A stretch of DNA of 64,000 nt from the human T2T-CHM13v2.0 reference genome, Homo sapiens: the NCBI RefSeq assembly GCF_009914755.1, contig NC_060938.1; one strand, written 5' to 3'. The translations under genes were made by a program, and so were the position numbers. This document shows, one piece after another, positions 59,741 through 64,000 of this stretch. The notes below the pieces were generated by a model. That model made no database searches. It was given only the letters and a program-made list of their open reading frames with translations, and was not told the origin of the DNA. Every line of letters starts with the position of its first letter. Position 1 is the stretch's first letter.

Positions 59741-62206
59741 CGTGAATAGCCTCATTTCAGCCCCGTCCAGGCACAGAGGGAGGAGGAGCCTCTTGTGCAT
59801 AATGAAGTTAGCCCAGCACCCTTGGAGCATGCATAAGGTGCTCTCTGAGCAGGTGTGGTCACCTCCTGGCCTCAGCCCTGCCCGCACATTTGTTCTGTGC
59901 TCTCACAGGCTGAACACCTTGAAGGTCTCATGCACTGGGCCCTCTCCCCACCTTTGCACCAGCCACTCCCTCTTCCCCACGAGCTGTAACCACGCTGCCT
60001 TATTCACTTCACAGACCCTTTGTGGTCCTTCAAGGCTCAGGGCAGTGCCCTCTTCCAGGAACCTTTTCCCGACCTCCCTCTCACCCAGGCAGCCAAGAGC
60101 ATCCACAGCCTGCTACTCTACCCCTCCTGTTAATCTGCAAGCATCCAGCTCCCCAAGACTGAGAGCTTCTGGGATGGCAGGGCCTGAACACAGATTCAGT
60201 CGGGGAGCTAGTTGAGTCTGGAGTGAGGTGCCCAAGACCTCAAGTGCTGAATGAGCGGCTTAGGACAGACAGAGCCTCAGGGAGCCCCTGGAGGGAACAT
60301 GAAGATGCCCAGAAGGAACAAGCTTTGGTTGAGGAGACAGATGATGAAACAGCCCAAAGGTTATACAAAATAATACTGGCCCAAAAAAGAAGAGGGGGTC
60401 CATGTGCAGGGGACAGGGCCATGGGTGACTGGGGCTGGGGAGGCACCAATGGTCCCTGCTAAGCTGTTCCAAGGGTCGGACTGGATGTGAAATGCACCAG
60501 GAAAACCACACAAGGTTGAGAATGTCCTCCACCCAAATACCAGCTGTGTGGGGCCTGGACGGAAGTGTTAACTGACAGTGGTGAGTGCACCAGTGAACCT
60601 TCAGATAGCACACGCGGCCCCTCTGAGCACGTCTTAGACCTGGAGGAGGCTGGTGTCCAGGGCACGGCGCTACACTTTGTGGCACTCCTGTCATGGCCAG
60701 GCTGTGGACTGGACATTTTCATGCCTTGCTTCGCTGGACTCTGCCCAAAAGCCTGGAGGAGGGGACCCTCACCACCTCCCCATTGCAGGTGAGAAAGCAC
60801 AAGCACAGGGGGACAGTGGGGTCAGTCCAGTCCCACAAACCCTGTGCAGCTCTAATGTTCCGGGCGGAGAGCACAGGAGGACCCGGGACAGGCAGCCCTT
60901 GCCCTGAGCCATGACCACAGGGATGAGCACAGCTGGGCCCCTAGGCCCCTCACCCACACCAGCCCTTCCGCACTCCCCAGCAGGGCCTCCAGCTGGTGCA
61001 GGCCCATCCTCACCCTGGAGCTGTGTCTCCCCCTGACCTCCACAGATGTGGGTTGCATCCTGGGCTGTGGAGTGGAGACACCACACGCAGGTGGCCTAGG
61101 GAGCATCCTGAAGGCCTAGGGGTACAGGAGATGAACATTACCTAAGAGTTTGAAAGATAAGCAGGATGAACTGAGTAGAGATAGACAGGAAAGGTGATTC
61201 AGACGGAAGGATCCAAATGAACAGAATGCGGCCAAGGGCAGGACATGGACATGGTGAGGGTGCAAAGAGCCAGCCCAGAGCACCATGGGGAGGCTGGGTC
61301 CGGGGACAATGGAGGCACCCTCAGGCTTCCCCAGAGATGAGCTTTGACTAGAGCAGCAACGTGGTCACAGTCAAGTTTGTAAAAAGAAGACAAAGAAGTT
61401 GGGGTGCAGCTGGCCTTCAGAGAGCCCAGCCTGCCTGGCGCCCATCAATTCCCAACCCCATCCCACCAGGAAGTGAGCTTGGGCTTGCTTGGAACAATCC
61501 CAAATCAATAATACATCTTAATCAAATAGTAGCAAATCTTTAATTGAAACCTATCACAGAATTGCATTTACCTCCCTTCAGAGTTTTGCTTTTGATTAGG
61601 CAGGCAGAAAATGGCATAATTTCCCACCCAGGGACTTGGGGTCCTACCCAGGCCCCACCTCTCTGCTCCATGGCTGCAGAAGATAAGCCCTGTTGGGAGG
61701 ACTGTGGGCTCTCAGACTGGGCTGGGGTCCAGGGCTGGGCTGTGGTGTGGGTTTCCCTGTGTGGTCCTCAGAGAGTGGAATGCACTTGGGGGTCACCTCC
61801 TAAGGTGGGGGAGAGGTTCCATGAGGCGGCCTGGCTAGGATGGCCACCTGGAGGTAGGGACTGTTCTCACCTGAGCTTCTCCAGGGCTGAAGCTGGGTGT
61901 GACCATCTCTGCAGCCCCAGCACCCGCTCAAGGGCAGTGTGAAGGCTGGGTGGATGCATGGACATCTGCAGGGGTGGGACGTGCCAGGAGGAGCCTGTGA
62001 GTGTCTGGAAGGTGGGGACTGGGAACCCTGACAGAGGGCCAGCAATTGGACCCAGCCTCTGGCTCTTGAGGCCACCATTCAGTTACAACCCTGCCAAATC
62101 TTCCTCCTGCTCTGCCACCCATGTTCCAGCCTCAAGCTGTGGGGCACGGCTCCTTAACCATCTGTCCACGTAGGCTGGACCTGCATCAGACCAGTCAGAT
62201 CCACTA

Positions 62207-62650
<444 letters not shown>

Positions 62651-62829
62651 TCACCCCACCAGGTAGCCTCCTAGTGTGTATAACCACATCATGCCACTTC
62701 ACGGAAAGAGGTCTCACCAACCGACCAGTCATTCTACCTCCATCTTGCTCACCTGGGTGGCCCCTCCAGACCTCTGAATCTTGCCTCTGACCATCAGTGA
62801 GTCCGTGTGGAGCTTTGGAGTAAACGGTA

Positions 62830-63290
62830 TGACTTAACACCCCGTCTACGTAGCACTCTTTCCCCACCCCCTCTCAGGGTTCCTTGGAGGAGTCTTCCAT
62901 TCCACTTGCTACTGGTAGGACAGTCATTGACCCGTCTTCCCCATTCATCCCAGGGCTAGGCTGCCAATCAGAACATCCCAACACCTGGCCACAGCAGTTT
63001 GTTCGGGGATAGGTAAATGAGCCAGGTAAGGCCAAGCAGAGGCTTCTGCCAAGGTTGCTAAGCTTAGAGACTATTGCTGAGAGATGCCAGCTCCATCCTA
63101 CATGGGATGAAGCCAAAAAGAGGCCAGTAGAACTGCAAGATGTGGGTGGGGGTGGAGCTTGACAGCATTGCTTAAAGCCCTGGATCCAGCCGTACCTGAA
63201 GGCTCACCAGAAACAATAAATTCTCTTTTTGTTCAAACCCGTTGGAGTTGGGTTCTGTGACTGTCATCAAAGAACTCCTAGCTAATATGA
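62830..63290 (+). mobile_element. Old MLT1-type LTR
   Basis: ccctggatccagccgtacctgaag...caataaattctctttttgttcaaacccgttggagttgggttctgtgac; 5' boundary uncertain. Confidence 0.65.
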
Positions 63291-63455
63291 CATGGAGGGG
63301 TTTTTAACCCGGTCTTAATGAAAATGTCACAAAGATATGTGAGCATCATAGTGCCCAAATGCTGGGCTAGGAATCAATGCATATACAGTGAACTCCACAG
63401 TCACTGCGTCCCAGCCCTACTGGGGATGAGGACCCCTATATAGTGTCAAAACATC

Positions 63456-64000
63456 TGTAAACCAAAAGATACCTGAGACAGGTCTTAATCAATTTAGAAA
63501 GTTTATTTTGCCAAGGTTCAGGATGTACCCTTGACACAGCCTCAGGAGGTCCTGACATGTGGCCAAGGTGGTCAGGGCACAGCTTGGTTTTGTATATTTT
63601 AGGGAGACACAAGACATCAATATATGTAAAATGTACATTGTTTCAGTCTGGAAAGGCGGGACAACTCGAAGTGGAAAGGAGGCTTCCAGGTTATATGTAA
63701 ATAAGAGACAAATGGTTGCATTCTGTTGAGTTTCTGATTAGGCTTTCGCTGAATGCACAGTTTACAGGAATAGTCACCTATACCTTAGTCTGGCTTAGTA
63801 AAACAATAGGGCAAAGGAAGCAATCAGATATGCGTTTGTCTCCTGGGAGCAGAGGGAGGGTGACTTTGAGTTCTGCCTTTCCTTCATCCACAAAGAATTT
63901 CCTTGTGGGCAAATTGCAAGGGAGGTATCTTATTTTGGAATAGAATGGGAGGCAGGTTTACCCTATGCAGTTTCAAGCTTCACTTTTCCCTTTGGCTTAG
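63456..64000 (-). mobile_element. MER4-group ERV1 LTR (MER4A-like), runs off the window end
   Basis: tgagacaggtcttaatcaatttagaaagtttattttgccaagg...gacacagcctcaggaggtcctgac; AATAAA on the minus strand. Confidence 0.85.

Noticed and set aside
59493-60215. Longest ORF (240 aa)
   Set aside because: Starts at GTG, overlies MLT1/L2-like remnants, is Ser/Pro/Leu-rich, and has no recognisable domain

Overview
This is primate (human-like) non-coding genomic DNA. I find no credible protein-coding gene, tRNA, rRNA or CRISPR array. The ORFs in the track are repeat-derived or chance open frames in GC-rich sequence. The window is a mosaic of interspersed repeats. It holds about 20 Alus, a full-length Tigger1 split by a THE1 LTR, a Charlie1a-like hAT element, MER91A, several MaLR and ERV LTRs (THE1, MST, MLT1, MER21, MER4-group), two long AT-rich blocks of old L1 (about 8.3-15.2 kb and 25.6-36.6 kb), and many MIR/L2 fragments. 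There is also a CpG-rich island-like segment (about 39.6-40.4 kb) and several repeat-free AT-rich patches that resemble developmental enhancers. The most unusual structure is at 44427-44807: one TSD-bounded retro-insertion in which the Alu 5' end is inverted and fused to a U6 snRNA 3' fragment (twin priming plus template switch). It sits within about 2 kb of two other non-canonical insertions. All repeat family names are from my recollection of consensus sequences, not from a database search. I do not see evidence for a novel multi-gene system.
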